Source: Chloroflexota bacterium (GTDB lineage Bacteria > Chloroflexota > Dehalococcoidia > Lucifugimonadales > UBA3495). Taken from it: a DNA stretch of 64,000 bases. The notes under the pieces are model-generated. The model made no database searches, had not been told where the DNA came from, and saw only the letters and a list, made by a program, of their open reading frames with translations. The stretch covers positions 24,350 to 88,349 of the forward strand of contig JAQBVF010000012.1 in assembly GCA_027623675.1 (NCBI GenBank). Direction: 5' to 3'. Position 1 is the first letter of the stretch, and each line of letters begins with the position of its first letter. A program made the translations under genes and the position numbers. This document shows, one piece after another, positions 10,801-19,272 of the stretch.

Positions 10801-11292
10801 AGGGAGGTATGGGACGCCGAGGCAATGGTGGCCTCGCGGGTGGACCAGCCGTTGGTGAACGCCGGTTGGGGCGCGCTGTTGGTGCTATTGTTCCTGGCGG
10901 TGGCCGTGGCCAGCGCGTCCGGGGTGATGCTGTTCTCCTTCCTGGACACCAAAGAACGGCAGACGGAGTTCGCGCTGCTTCGGACACTGGGGTCCACCGG
11001 CGGACAGTTACGGGGCATCGTTTGGTTCAATCTGTTTTTGATCGTGATCTGTGGCGTCGGTCTGGGGACCTGGGTGGGCCAATTGATCGGGGCCAGTCTC
11101 CTGCCGCTGATGGAGGTGGTGGAAGAGGGAGAGCGGGTCACGCCGCCCATGGTCTTCACCACCGATTGGATGTCGCTGCTGGTGTCCTACGCGGTCCTGG
11201 CGGCGGTGACGGCGGGAACGGTGGTCTGGCTGGCGTGGTTGAGCGCCAAGATACAGGTTCAGCAGGTATTGAGGATGGGAGACGCGAGATGA
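7858..11292 (+). CDS. Large FtsX/MacB-type ABC transporter permease (1144 aa), paralog of the upstream gene
   Basis: EIAMLKSRGAT and EFALLRTLGST motifs; shares FLHRYYLD, ARDP, AWFRDDF, FPTLDP and QVLRxG-type motifs with 4458-7793. Confidence 0.85.
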   Translation: MTGMIRFAYVMAVRRAVSGWRLEAVLFGGMLLAVALMASGVIFSDLLSNASLRHTLRQAPLEDVNFWMRSFSSQDEPATVEGRRAVYRERLDFAQNRVFEPFSPYLKEQARILDTATFYFRGHPQLELANEVRPRGSIIYMSGLTPDRVTLTQGSWLEAENAVGPSGSPVDVMVDGLGLELLGLEVGQVMDVYPAASFSDPPTMPVRIAGVFERNDPDDEFWFGVQGGFSLQNDRWTIIPLFTTEEMVTDQVLGVYPTLYTDVTWYYYLDRERLRASDVDQLQETVRLAEHEIKFNLKNSSSHIRLDTLLSSFDEQLLLARVPLFLVVFLITGILLYYLALVAGLVVRSRSNEIAMLKSRGATTAQVGILGLGEGLLLGIPAVIIGPFLAMGVVKVLGNVFFSLGGGSEELAGVPVSVSQGAVILGLAGGALAVAVFTLATLAAARHGIVEARQTGARPPTVSFLHRYYLDLLALALIGMLWWQIQSRGAFLVQSVGSRELEIDYSLLLGPVLGLLAVGLLVMRFFPWLALLLSWLSGPVAPSWLVHALRHVARDPMVPGMLIVLLTMATALGVIGSAFSATLERSQTERARYAAGADLRVRHSGVSSADPGGSFAETVQDNPAVAHAADVFRTNGQITATGFSTPATVLAVDASRIADVAWFRDDFSGGDSLQDIAGLLQDGGDPPKGIPLPRGATGLSIWVQPAGLDSGANLWARLRDANGRYFDTWIGGLAEPGWNRLDADLTPVDAAGRRFIDQTREVFLQAPYSLESFQVTNRFGTFGGDDLGSLFLGSLDAITPGGQVELADFRTARGWSVIQDFSRPGLYALETSGSAGGDRFPSSTRFSWASGGVGMRGFRPGETEAPVPAVVNEDFLKIADASVGDDVILGLSTYSLMVRIAGVANYFPTLDPGDKPFAVVDLDRLVSASAQHSPVTMAGANELWVDLAPSSDTGADPRVGDGSPVNAVDTTALIGASGIRVREVWDAEAMVASRVDQPLVNAGWGALLVLLFLAVAVASASGVMLFSFLDTKERQTEFALLRTLGSTGGQLRGIVWFNLFLIVICGVGLGTWVGQLIGASLLPLMEVVEEGERVTPPMVFTTDWMSLLVSYAVLAAVTAGTVVWLAWLSAKIQVQQVLRMGDAR

Positions 11293-12215
11293 CCCAGTTT
11301 AGTAATTACGGGACGGCGGCCCAGTATACGGGTCCGTACATAGATTGCCGCGACCTGTTCAAGATCTACAAGCGGGCCGAATTGGAGGTCGTTGCCCTGC
11401 GCGGTCTGGACCTCACGGTCGAGTCGGGCGAGTTGATCGCCATCATCGGGGCCAGCGGCAGCGGCAAGAGCACCCTGTTGAACATCCTGGCCGGGTTGGA
11501 CCGGCCGTCGGCAGGGCAGATACTGGTCGGCTCCAGGGACCTGCTGGACGTTTCCGACAGCGACCTGGTGATGTACCGGCGGTCCGAGGTCGGCTTCGTG
11601 TGGCAGGCCACCGCCCGGAACCTGCTGCCCTACCTGTCGGTGGCCGACAACATCGAACTGCCCATGGCCCTGACCGGCCAGCCGGCCAGGGCCCGCCGCG
11701 CCTGGTCCAGCGAGTTGCTGGAATCGCTGGGCATGGCCGGAAAATCAGACCGCTTCCCCTACCAGCTTTCTGGCGGCGAGCAGCAGCGCGTCGCCATCGC
11801 CGTGGGTCTGGCCAACAAGCCGCCGTTGCTGCTCGCCGACGAACCCACCGGAGAGCTGGACACCGAGAATGCCGACGCCATCTTCCAGATGATCCGCGGC
11901 CTGAACCGCTCTTACGGCGTTACCGTGGTTACCGTGACCCACTACCCGGGCGTCTCCCGGTTCGTCGACCGCGTGGTCCACATCCGGGACGGGCGCATCG
12001 GCTCCGAAACATTCTCCCGGCCCGACTACCGGCGTGACGGCGACACCGTGGTGGACGAATACGTGGTGGTGGACCGTGCCGGCCGGCTGCAGCTGCCGCT
12101 GGAGTACGCGGAACGATTTCGCCGGGAGGGCCTGGCACGGATACATTCAGATGGTGAGCAGATCACCATCGAGCCGCCGGACTCCGATCCCCGACCTCAC
12201 AGAAATAGGAGCTAA
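11289..12215 (+). CDS. ABC transporter ATP-binding protein (LolD/MacB-type) with C-terminal extension
   Basis: Walker [26 protein letters not shown]. Start MTQFSNY overlaps the permease stop (ATGA); the track's longer N-terminus is an artefact. Confidence 0.92.
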   Translation: MTQFSNYGTAAQYTGPYIDCRDLFKIYKRAELEVVALRGLDLTVESGELIAIIGASGSGKSTLLNILAGLDRPSAGQILVGSRDLLDVSDSDLVMYRRSEVGFVWQATARNLLPYLSVADNIELPMALTGQPARARRAWSSELLESLGMAGKSDRFPYQLSGGEQQRVAIAVGLANKPPLLLADEPTGELDTENADAIFQMIRGLNRSYGVTVVTVTHYPGVSRFVDRVVHIRDGRIGSETFSRPDYRRDGDTVVDEYVVVDRAGRLQLPLEYAERFRREGLARIHSDGEQITIEPPDSDPRPHRNRS

Positions 12216-12218
12216 GCC

Positions 12219-12938
12219 TTGTCGCAAGATGTTTCTCGTAATGCCGGGGCGGCAGCCAACGGCACGGTGATCTCGGCCCAGGGAATAAGCCGGGTCTTCG
12301 GGTCCGGCGCAACCGCCGTTACCGCATTGGAGTCCGTCGACCTCACCGTGGCGCAGGGTGACTTCCTGGCGGTTACGGGCCGGTCCGGCTCCGGCAAAAC
12401 CACCCTGCTCAACCTGTTGTCGGGCCTGGACCGGCCCTCCACCGGCGCCGTCTACTTTGACGGCGGAGATCTGGCCGCGCTGAGGGAGTCCGACCTGGTT
12501 TACATGCGGCGGAACAAGATCGGTTTCGTTTTCCAGTCGTTCGGGTTGATGCCCTTGCTGTCGGCCCAGGAGAATGTTGAATTGCCGTTGCACATCGGCG
12601 GCATGTCCTGGCGTGAGCGCCGGCAGAAGGCCCACGATGCCCTGAACGCCGTGGGGCTGGCCAGCCGCGCCCACCACCGGCCATTCGAGCTTTCCGGCGG
12701 TGAACAGCAGCGCGTGTCCATCGCCAGGGCGTTGGTGGCCGGGCCAGAGGTGGTGTTCGCCGACGAGCCAACGGGAGAGTTGGACACTGCCACCGCCCGC
12801 TCCATCGCCGACACCCTTGGCGAGGTGGCCGCATCCAGGCGCGCAACCGTGATCGTGGCCACCCATGACCTGGAACTGGCCGCCAGAGCCCAGCGCCGGC
12901 TCGACTTGGTCGACGGCAAGATCGTTTCCCAGAGCTGA
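12219..12938 (+). CDS. ABC transporter ATP-binding protein (LolD-type)
   Basis: [28 protein letters not shown]. Confidence 0.92.
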   Translation: MSQDVSRNAGAAANGTVISAQGISRVFGSGATAVTALESVDLTVAQGDFLAVTGRSGSGKTTLLNLLSGLDRPSTGAVYFDGGDLAALRESDLVYMRRNKIGFVFQSFGLMPLLSAQENVELPLHIGGMSWRERRQKAHDALNAVGLASRAHHRPFELSGGEQQRVSIARALVAGPEVVFADEPTGELDTATARSIADTLGEVAASRRATVIVATHDLELAARAQRRLDLVDGKIVSQS

Positions 12939-13030
12939 GGGCGTACTTCGGCGTGTATACTGCCGCGAGAGTCCATTTACCGAGACTGATTTTTAAGGTC
13001 AACCGTAGAGGTTTACCAGGGAGGTCCACC

Positions 13031-13366
13031 ATGATTGTGCGTATCTATACCGGCGATGACGGCCAGTCCCATATGGAAGACATGGAATTTCCGCCCGAGG
13101 GCGTTCAGCGCATCGCCACCAAAGCGGGCGAGGACCTGGTGTTCCGCCGGTCGGCCGAGAACAGCTTCAGCGATTGGCACAACCCGTCGCGGCGTCAGTA
13201 TCTGTTCGTCATAGACGGCCAGATGGAGGTGTCGGTGGCCGACGGCGCCACCCGGCTGTTCAATCCGGGCGACGTGCTGCTGGCCGAGGACATGACCGGG
13301 CAGGGCCACGTTACCAAGGCCATCGGCGGCACCTACGCTTCGGTTTCCATGGGAATACCCGACTAG
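13031..13366 (+). CDS. Small cupin-fold protein
   Basis: RIYTGDDGQSH, WHNPSRRQY, PGDVLLAEDMTGQGH; GGGAGG RBS before ATG 13031. Confidence 0.8.
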   Translation: MIVRIYTGDDGQSHMEDMEFPPEGVQRIATKAGEDLVFRRSAENSFSDWHNPSRRQYLFVIDGQMEVSVADGATRLFNPGDVLLAEDMTGQGHVTKAIGGTYASVSMGIPD

Positions 13367-13501
13367 TTGACGGGGATACCGCCTGATCTGGGGTATACCC
13401 GGCTAGCCCGATGAGGATGCCTAGACCAACGGGCATCGGTGCCTAGGCTGGACCGCGTCCGCCCAGCGATGCGCACAGGTCTGGCGGTGGCTGCTTGGCG
13501 G

Positions 13502-13529
13502 TTGACACCTTTGGGTCGTTATCTATAAT
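13502..13529 (+). promoter_or_regulatory. sigma70-type promoter
   Basis: TTGACA-16 nt-TATAAT, about 75 nt upstream of the LLM gene. Confidence 0.75.
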
Positions 13530-13603
13530 GGCAATCAATTGCCCTGGGCATTATTGCCTGAGGCACTCACACCAGAACCTGAAGTAGAAAAGGCGAGGTA
13601 GGA

Positions 13604-14767
13604 ATGATTACGAAATTTGACAGCCTGTACGCCGGTCACGTCGACATGACCGACATCGGCTACGGCGGCACCGCGGTGAACGACCGCTTGTTCGACAACG
13701 AACACCTGACGACCGTTTTCAGCAAGGCCGAAGCGATCGCCAAGACCCTGGACGCCAACGGCTTCGACACGATGTGGATGGCCGAGCACCACTTTCAGCC
13801 GGAAGGCTACGAGTGCATCCCCAATCTGATCATGCTCAACGTCCACCTGGCCCACCTGACCAAGAACATCAAGTTCGGCTGCGGCTTCAACATCGCCCCC
13901 ATGTGGCACCCCCTGCGCCTGGCCGAGGACTTTGCCACCGCCGATATCCTGACCAACGGCCGCGTGATCTTCGGCGTTGGCCGTGGCTACCACACCCGCG
14001 AGGTTGAGACCTTCGGCTCTCCTCTGACCGACCAGGCCGCCAACCGGGAGAAGTTTGAAGAGGCCGTGGACATCATCTTCAAGGCCTTCAACAACGAGTC
14101 CTTCTCCCACAAGGGGAAGTATTACACCCTGCCTCCAGAGGTCCCGTACCGCGGCTACACCCTCAAGGAACTGACCCTGGTGCCTCGTCCAAAGAACCTG
14201 CCGGTGGAGTGCTGGCAGCCCATCCAGGGCGGCTCCGAAAGGGCGCTGGACTTCATGGTCAAGCACGGCATCAAGGGCATATTGGGCGGCGGCGTCGCCG
14301 AGGGCGGCGTCATGGATGACATCGTCTTTGGCTATCGTGACGCATTGGTGCGGGCCGGAAAGGCCGATGCCCAACCCGGCGAGGGCCTGAGCGTGGGCTT
14401 CCACTTCCACATGGCTGAGACGGTGGAAAAAGCCATGGACGAGGCCCAGGGCTTCTTTGAAGAGAACCTGAAGATGTTCGGCCCGCTGCGCCTGCACCGG
14501 GGCATGACCGATGAGCAGATCGAGATCATCAGCGACCCCCGCCGCGCGCCCAACGGCGGTCTCCCCACCATCCAGAGCGCCGTTGAGAAACAGGCTTTTC
14601 TGGCCGGCCCGCCGGACCGCATCATCGAGCAACTCAAGGCGGTGGAGAAGGAATACCCCGCCCTAGAGCGGATCGGGATGAGCCACCCGATGGGCACCCC
14701 CCAGCATGTGATCACCGAGCAGCTTGAATGGTTCGGTAAAGAGGTCATGCCCGCCTTCAAGAGCTGA
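13604..14767 (+). CDS. LLM-class (luciferase-like) flavin-dependent oxidoreductase
   Basis: WMAEHHF, WHPLRLAEDFATADILTNGRVIFGVGRGY, EVMPAF. Confidence 0.92.
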   Translation: MITKFDSLYAGHVDMTDIGYGGTAVNDRLFDNEHLTTVFSKAEAIAKTLDANGFDTMWMAEHHFQPEGYECIPNLIMLNVHLAHLTKNIKFGCGFNIAPMWHPLRLAEDFATADILTNGRVIFGVGRGYHTREVETFGSPLTDQAANREKFEEAVDIIFKAFNNESFSHKGKYYTLPPEVPYRGYTLKELTLVPRPKNLPVECWQPIQGGSERALDFMVKHGIKGILGGGVAEGGVMDDIVFGYRDALVRAGKADAQPGEGLSVGFHFHMAETVEKAMDEAQGFFEENLKMFGPLRLHRGMTDEQIEIISDPRRAPNGGLPTIQSAVEKQAFLAGPPDRIIEQLKAVEKEYPALERIGMSHPMGTPQHVITEQLEWFGKEVMPAFKS

Positions 14768-14835
14768 GCGGGCGGCTCGCCGCGTTCACTGCCCGCATTC
14801 ATTAACAGAAGATCAGAAAAGAAGATCAGAACGAG

Positions 14836-14865
14836 AAGCCGGCGGACCCTGTCCGCCGGTTTTTT
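14836..14865 (+). terminator. Intrinsic terminator
   Basis: GCCGGCGGAC-CCT-GTCCGCCGGT followed by TTTTT. Confidence 0.8.
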
Positions 14866-14910
14866 GTTGCTAGAGCGCCACTGGCTTGTAACTCAACCCC
14901 CGGCCTGGCG

Positions 14911-14939
14911 TTGACAGCGAATTGCCCCCACACTACACT
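14911..14939 (+). promoter_or_regulatory. sigma70-type promoter of selenoprotein module 1
   Basis: TTGACA-17 nt-TACACT, 35 nt before ATG 14975. Confidence 0.65.
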
Positions 14940-14974
14940 CGCAGGAACCTGCCACCCGAGGGTCGTAAGCAGAT

Positions 14975-16018
14975 ATGGTTTCCAAAGACGCGCTTAACTT
15001 GACCGGCGCCATTGAGCTGATGTTCGAGACCGGCTGGACCGACGGCTTGCCCGTGGTCCCGCCCACCGGCGACCGGGTCAAGCAGTTCGTCGACTACACC
15101 GGGCGAGACCCAGGCGAACTCATCGCGGAACTGCCCCCGCTGGGCGGCAAAGCTACGGTGGAGCGCATCGCCGTTAACGCCGTGATGGCCGGCTGCGTCC
15201 CCGAGTACATGCCGGTGGTCATAACCGCCATCCAAGCCATGATGGACGACCGCTTCAACCTGCGGGGCGTCATGTGCTCCACGGGCATCCACACGCCTCT
15301 GGTCATCGTCAGCGGCCCCATCGTGAAAGAGCTAAACATCAACGGCGGCTACAACTGTTTCGGGCAGGGCTGGCGGGCCAACGCCACCATCGGCCGGGCC
15401 GTCAAACTGGCCCTGGTCAACCTGGGCGGCGCCATCCCCGGCGAGACCAACAAGGCGACCTTCGGCCATCCCGGCGCCTACACCTACTGCGTGGCCGAAG
15501 ACCAGGACATCAACCCCTGGGAGCCGCTGCACACCGACACCGGCCTGGACGCCTCGGATAGCGCCGTGACCGTGTTCCCTGCGGAAGCCCCCCACAACGT
15601 CATGTACCACGCCAACAACCCCCGAGACTTTCTGACGGTGTTGGCCGACACCATGTGCACCTTGGGCAACGTGCAGATGTACGTGATGGGCGACACATTC
15701 GTGGTCATCGGCCCCGAACACGCCCGTTTCCTGCATGACGGCGGCTGGCGCAAGCAGGACATCCGCCAGTTCCTCTTTGAGCATGCCAGGAAGCCGGTCC
15801 GCGAGCTGAAACACGGCGGGCCGCCCCAGGGTGACGCCAACCGGGGTCACTTCTGGCCCCGGTTCGTGGACGCCAATGACGACGAACAGATGGTGCCGGT
15901 GGTGCGTGCCGCCGACCGCATCCATATCATGGTGGCCGGGGGCAGCGGCGGTCCTCACTCGGTGTACCTTCCCGGCTGGGGCTCGCGCCGGGTGACCAAG
16001 AAGATCGAGCGGACATAA
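14975..16018 (+). CDS. Conserved protein of unknown function, partner of UGSC selenoprotein (copy 1)
   Basis: GWTDGLPVVPPT, ATVERIAVNAVMAGC, ANATIGRA, YTYCVAE; clearly paralogous to 62823-63860. Confidence 0.85.
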   Translation: MVSKDALNLTGAIELMFETGWTDGLPVVPPTGDRVKQFVDYTGRDPGELIAELPPLGGKATVERIAVNAVMAGCVPEYMPVVITAIQAMMDDRFNLRGVMCSTGIHTPLVIVSGPIVKELNINGGYNCFGQGWRANATIGRAVKLALVNLGGAIPGETNKATFGHPGAYTYCVAEDQDINPWEPLHTDTGLDASDSAVTVFPAEAPHNVMYHANNPRDFLTVLADTMCTLGNVQMYVMGDTFVVIGPEHARFLHDGGWRKQDIRQFLFEHARKPVRELKHGGPPQGDANRGHFWPRFVDANDDEQMVPVVRAADRIHIMVAGGSGGPHSVYLPGWGSRRVTKKIERT

Positions 16019-16027
16019 GGAGTAGTC

Positions 16028-16627
16028 ATGGCCAGCGTATCTAGAGTGAGCGCGCCCGGTGTGAACGTGCCCGGAGCGAACCAAGCAGAGCGCCTGAAAG
16101 AGCTGGGCCTGCTCTCGCCCATCGACCCGGAGGCCTACTCCCGCTGGAGACCGGCGCCGCGTTTGGAATCCATCCACGGCAAGACCGGCGGTTTCCTGGG
16201 CAACCGCAAGGCCAACGCCAGCCTGTTGCTCCAGGGCGTGATGGAACTGTTGGACAAGGATTTTGAACTGCGCGACGGCGTGACCACCGACAAGTACGTC
16301 TATTCGCGCCCGGCCGCGGATGACATAATCGACGACCTGGCCACCCGGTGCGACTTCGTGGTGACGGCCATCGCCGATTGAGGGTCTTGCACCGCGTGCA
16401 GTGTGCACGACGCAATGGCCCTGGAGAACCGGGGGGTGCCCACGATAGTGATCTGCACCGACCCGTTCTTGAACTCGGCCCACCGCCACGCTAGCGTCTT
16501 CGGGCGCAAGGGCTTCCAGCCGTTGGGCATCCCCCATCCGCTGGGCGGAATCACCCCGGACGCCGTCTCTCAGCGGGCCGGGGAACTGCATCAGCAGGTA
16601 ATCAAGGCGCTGACGACCGGCGAGTAA
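16028..16627 (+). CDS. UGSC-family selenoprotein (199 aa, Sec at TGA 16379-16381), copy 1
   Basis: Track ORFs 16028-16381 and 16403-16627 are in one frame and join as VVTAIAD-U-GSCTACSVHDAMALENRGVPT; AGGAG RBS; hairpin follows the UGA. Confidence 0.88.
16395..16409 (+). promoter_or_regulatory. Putative bacterial SECIS hairpin (copy 1)
   Basis: CGTGCA-GTG-TGCACG; first loop G is 20 nt after the UGA. Confidence 0.6.
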
Positions 16628-16675
16628 ACTTTATGCGGTGAGTAGAACGCTCCCGCTTTATCAAAGGAGATGTGA

Positions 16676-17563
16676 ATGGTCAGAGTAGGGGCAGGCATCA
16701 GGGTATACGAGCAGGCGGAGAACTGGGAAAAATTGCCCGAGGGTTGGGTGCTGGGTCAGACGGCCATCGTCACCGACTCCCAAGACCGGGTTTACCTGTT
16801 CAACCGGGGCGATCATCCCCTGATCGTGTTGGACCGCGACGGCAATTTCCTGAACTCGTGGGGTGAAGGCCAACTGCCCGACGCCCACGGCATGTTCATC
16901 GACGCCGATGACAACCTGTACATGCCGGTCAAGAACAGCCACGTGGTGTTGAAGTACCGGCCCGACGGCGATCTACTGATGACGCTGGGGGAGTGGGACA
17001 AGCCATCGGATACCGGCTGGTCCGGCGACTACAGCGAACCGGCCAAACAGGCCGCCGGCCCCTTCAACCGGCCCAGCGACATCGCCTTGGACCCAGCCGG
17101 CGACCTGTATATATCAGACGGCTACGGCAACTCGAGGGTCCACAAATTCACCGCCGACGGCAAGCTGCTCTTCTCCTGGGGGGAGCCGGGCAAGACCGGG
17201 CCGGGCGAGTTTCACGTGCCCCACGGCGTTTGGGTGCATACCGATGGCCGGGTGTTTGTCGCCGACCGGGAGAACAACCGCATCCAGATATTTGACGCCG
17301 ACGGCAAGTACCTGGAGGAGTGGGGCGGCCTGGCGCGGCCCTGTGACATCTACATCGACCAAGACGATGTCGTATACGTCCCCGAACTGGACGGGTTCAT
17401 GAGCATCCTCAGCATCGAGGGTGATATCATCGCCACTTGGGACAGTCCACAGGACGCCGGCTGGGGCAACGGGGCCCACGCCGTCTGGATGGACTCCCGC
17501 GGCGACCTGTACGTGAACCAGAATGTGGAGGGCCACCGCCTGGTCAAGTACATCCGGCAGTAG
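16676..17563 (+). CDS. NHL-repeat beta-propeller protein (peptidyl-alpha-hydroxyglycine alpha-amidating lyase-like)
   Basis: FNRPSDIA, YISDGYGNSRVHKF, FHVPHGV, VADRENNRIQIFD. Confidence 0.88.
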   Translation: MVRVGAGIRVYEQAENWEKLPEGWVLGQTAIVTDSQDRVYLFNRGDHPLIVLDRDGNFLNSWGEGQLPDAHGMFIDADDNLYMPVKNSHVVLKYRPDGDLLMTLGEWDKPSDTGWSGDYSEPAKQAAGPFNRPSDIALDPAGDLYISDGYGNSRVHKFTADGKLLFSWGEPGKTGPGEFHVPHGVWVHTDGRVFVADRENNRIQIFDADGKYLEEWGGLARPCDIYIDQDDVVYVPELDGFMSILSIEGDIIATWDSPQDAGWGNGAHAVWMDSRGDLYVNQNVEGHRLVKYIRQ

Positions 17564-17757
17564 GCGGGTGACATCAGGGCCTCCGAACCCTGTTATTCCG
17601 AAGTCCCGACGCGTTGGGAAGGAAACCCGTTGCCGCCGGGCCAGCACCGAACAAGAATAAAAAGCCCCTCGCTACATTCGAGGTGACGGTCGAGCAGGAC
17701 GGCTCCAGTCGCCATAAGTGACTGGGGCAGACTCAGCATTAGCGACGGAGGGACTGC

Positions 17758-18771
17758 ATGCGGGCCGGATACCAAGTGGGGCACGTGGTGCTGCGGGGCA
17801 CGGTGGACCATCAACAGCAGTGGCAGGACCTCCTGAGCCAGTACCGGGCGGTCAACGACGCCGGGTTCGACTCGTACTGCTATGGCAACCATTTCCTGAT
17901 CGACCCCTTTCAGCACTTCCAGCCATGGACGGTGCTGGCGCGGCTGGCCGCCGAGCCCGGAAACATGACCCTGGCAACGTCGGTGCTGCTGCTGCCCCTG
18001 CTAAATCCGGTGGAGGTCGCCGAACAGGCCGCCACGCTGGACCACATCGCCCAGGGGCGGTTCGTGTTGGGGGTGGGCTTGGGCTACCGGCCCGAAGAAT
18101 GCGAGGCCTTTGGCATCAAGATGTCGGAGCGCGGCGGGCGTATCACCGAGTCGTTGGAACTGATGCGGCGGCTTTGGACCGAGGACGAGGTGACCCACCA
18201 CGGCAAGTATTACAATGTCACCGGCGCCAAACCGACGGCCCGGCCCTACCAGAAGCCCGGTCCCAAGGTCTGGCAGGCTGCCATGAGCGACCCCGCCATC
18301 CGCCGGGTTGGCCGCACCGGCGACATCTTGTTCGTGGGGCCGGCCCAGGGAAACGAGACGATCAGGAAGCAGATCGACCTCTACCACGACACTATGGAGA
18401 AGAACGGCCACGAGCAGCCCCAGGAGATGGTGGTCGTGAGGGAGTTCTTCTGCGCCGCTACCCACGAAGAAGCCCTGCGCAAAGCGCGGGCCGGCTTTGA
18501 GACCAAGTACCGGGTCTATCGAGAGCAGGGGCTACACGGCGCCGACGGCGAATTGGCCCGAAAGGTGACCGGCGACCTGGAAACGCTGATGGACGACACC
18601 TTTGTGCTGGGCAGCCCCGATGAGTGTCTGGAGCAGATTGACGAATACAAAAAGATGGGTTTTACCGACGTCATCATCCGTTTGTTCTACCCAGAGATGT
18701 CTCAGTCCGAAGCGCTGGAGCACATTGACCTGGTGGGGAGAGAAGTCATCCCGGAGATGCACCGGCTTTAG
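17758..18771 (+). CDS. LLM-class flavin-dependent oxidoreductase
   Basis: LLLPLLNPVEVAEQAATLDHIAQGRFVLGVGLGYRPEE; GGAGG RBS. Confidence 0.92.
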   Translation: MRAGYQVGHVVLRGTVDHQQQWQDLLSQYRAVNDAGFDSYCYGNHFLIDPFQHFQPWTVLARLAAEPGNMTLATSVLLLPLLNPVEVAEQAATLDHIAQGRFVLGVGLGYRPEECEAFGIKMSERGGRITESLELMRRLWTEDEVTHHGKYYNVTGAKPTARPYQKPGPKVWQAAMSDPAIRRVGRTGDILFVGPAQGNETIRKQIDLYHDTMEKNGHEQPQEMVVVREFFCAATHEEALRKARAGFETKYRVYREQGLHGADGELARKVTGDLETLMDDTFVLGSPDECLEQIDEYKKMGFTDVIIRLFYPEMSQSEALEHIDLVGREVIPEMHRL

Positions 18772-18903
18772 ACGAAAGTGCTGGAGCACATCGACCTGGT
18801 GGGACGGGAAGTGATCCCGGAGATGCACCGGCTTTAGAGGAAAGCGCTGGAGCACATCGACCTGGTGGGACGAGAAGTCATCCCAGAGATGCACCGGATC
18901 TGA
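18709..18903 (+). repeat. Three tandem 66-bp copies of the LLM gene 3' end
   Basis: In-frame stops at 18769, 18835 and 18901 (period 66); each copy encodes LEHIDLVGREVIPEMHR. Confidence 0.95.
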
Positions 18904-18916
18904 TCAGGGGAATGGC

Positions 18917-19219
18917 ATGGGCGTCGTGGGCGAAACCGGCATCTGGGTTACGGTGATTCTGGCCGGAATATTGGCTCTGGGAGTGCGGGAATACGTCCGG
19001 GCCAACGGGACCTTCTCCGCCCGGTTGGAGCAGGTCAAACTTACCTTCGCGGCGGGGATCCTGGTGCTGCTGGGCGTGACGTCGGCCGTTCTGGCGGTGA
19101 TGTTCATCTATGCCGTGGTTATCGTGGAGATCTGGCGGCCGCTGCTGGTCGTTCTGGCCGTGATCTCCGGGTTGGCCGCCTGCCTGATCTGGTGGCTGAG
19201 AAGGAGCAATGAGCCGTAG
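18917..19219 (+). CDS. Small membrane protein (about three hydrophobic segments)
   Basis: Hydrophobic 100-aa ORF filling the gap between co-oriented genes. Confidence 0.6.
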   Translation: MGVVGETGIWVTVILAGILALGVREYVRANGTFSARLEQVKLTFAAGILVLLGVTSAVLAVMFIYAVVIVEIWRPLLVVLAVISGLAACLIWWLRRSNEP

Positions 19220-19272
19220 ATCCGCTGGAGAATAGGATCCGCGGGCAAATAATTAAGAGTTAGGAGCAAGAG

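Noticed and set aside
13604..14767. Bioluminescence (luxAB)
   Set aside because: No luxCDE; these are dispersed LLM-family oxidoreductases.
18769..18837. Pyrrolysine recoding of the in-frame TAG codons
   Set aside because: The first TAG is at the natural LLM C-terminus, and no pyl genes or methyltransferase context are visible.
18709..18903. CRISPR array
   Set aside because: Units are contiguous 66-bp coding duplicates with no unique spacers, and no cas genes are present.
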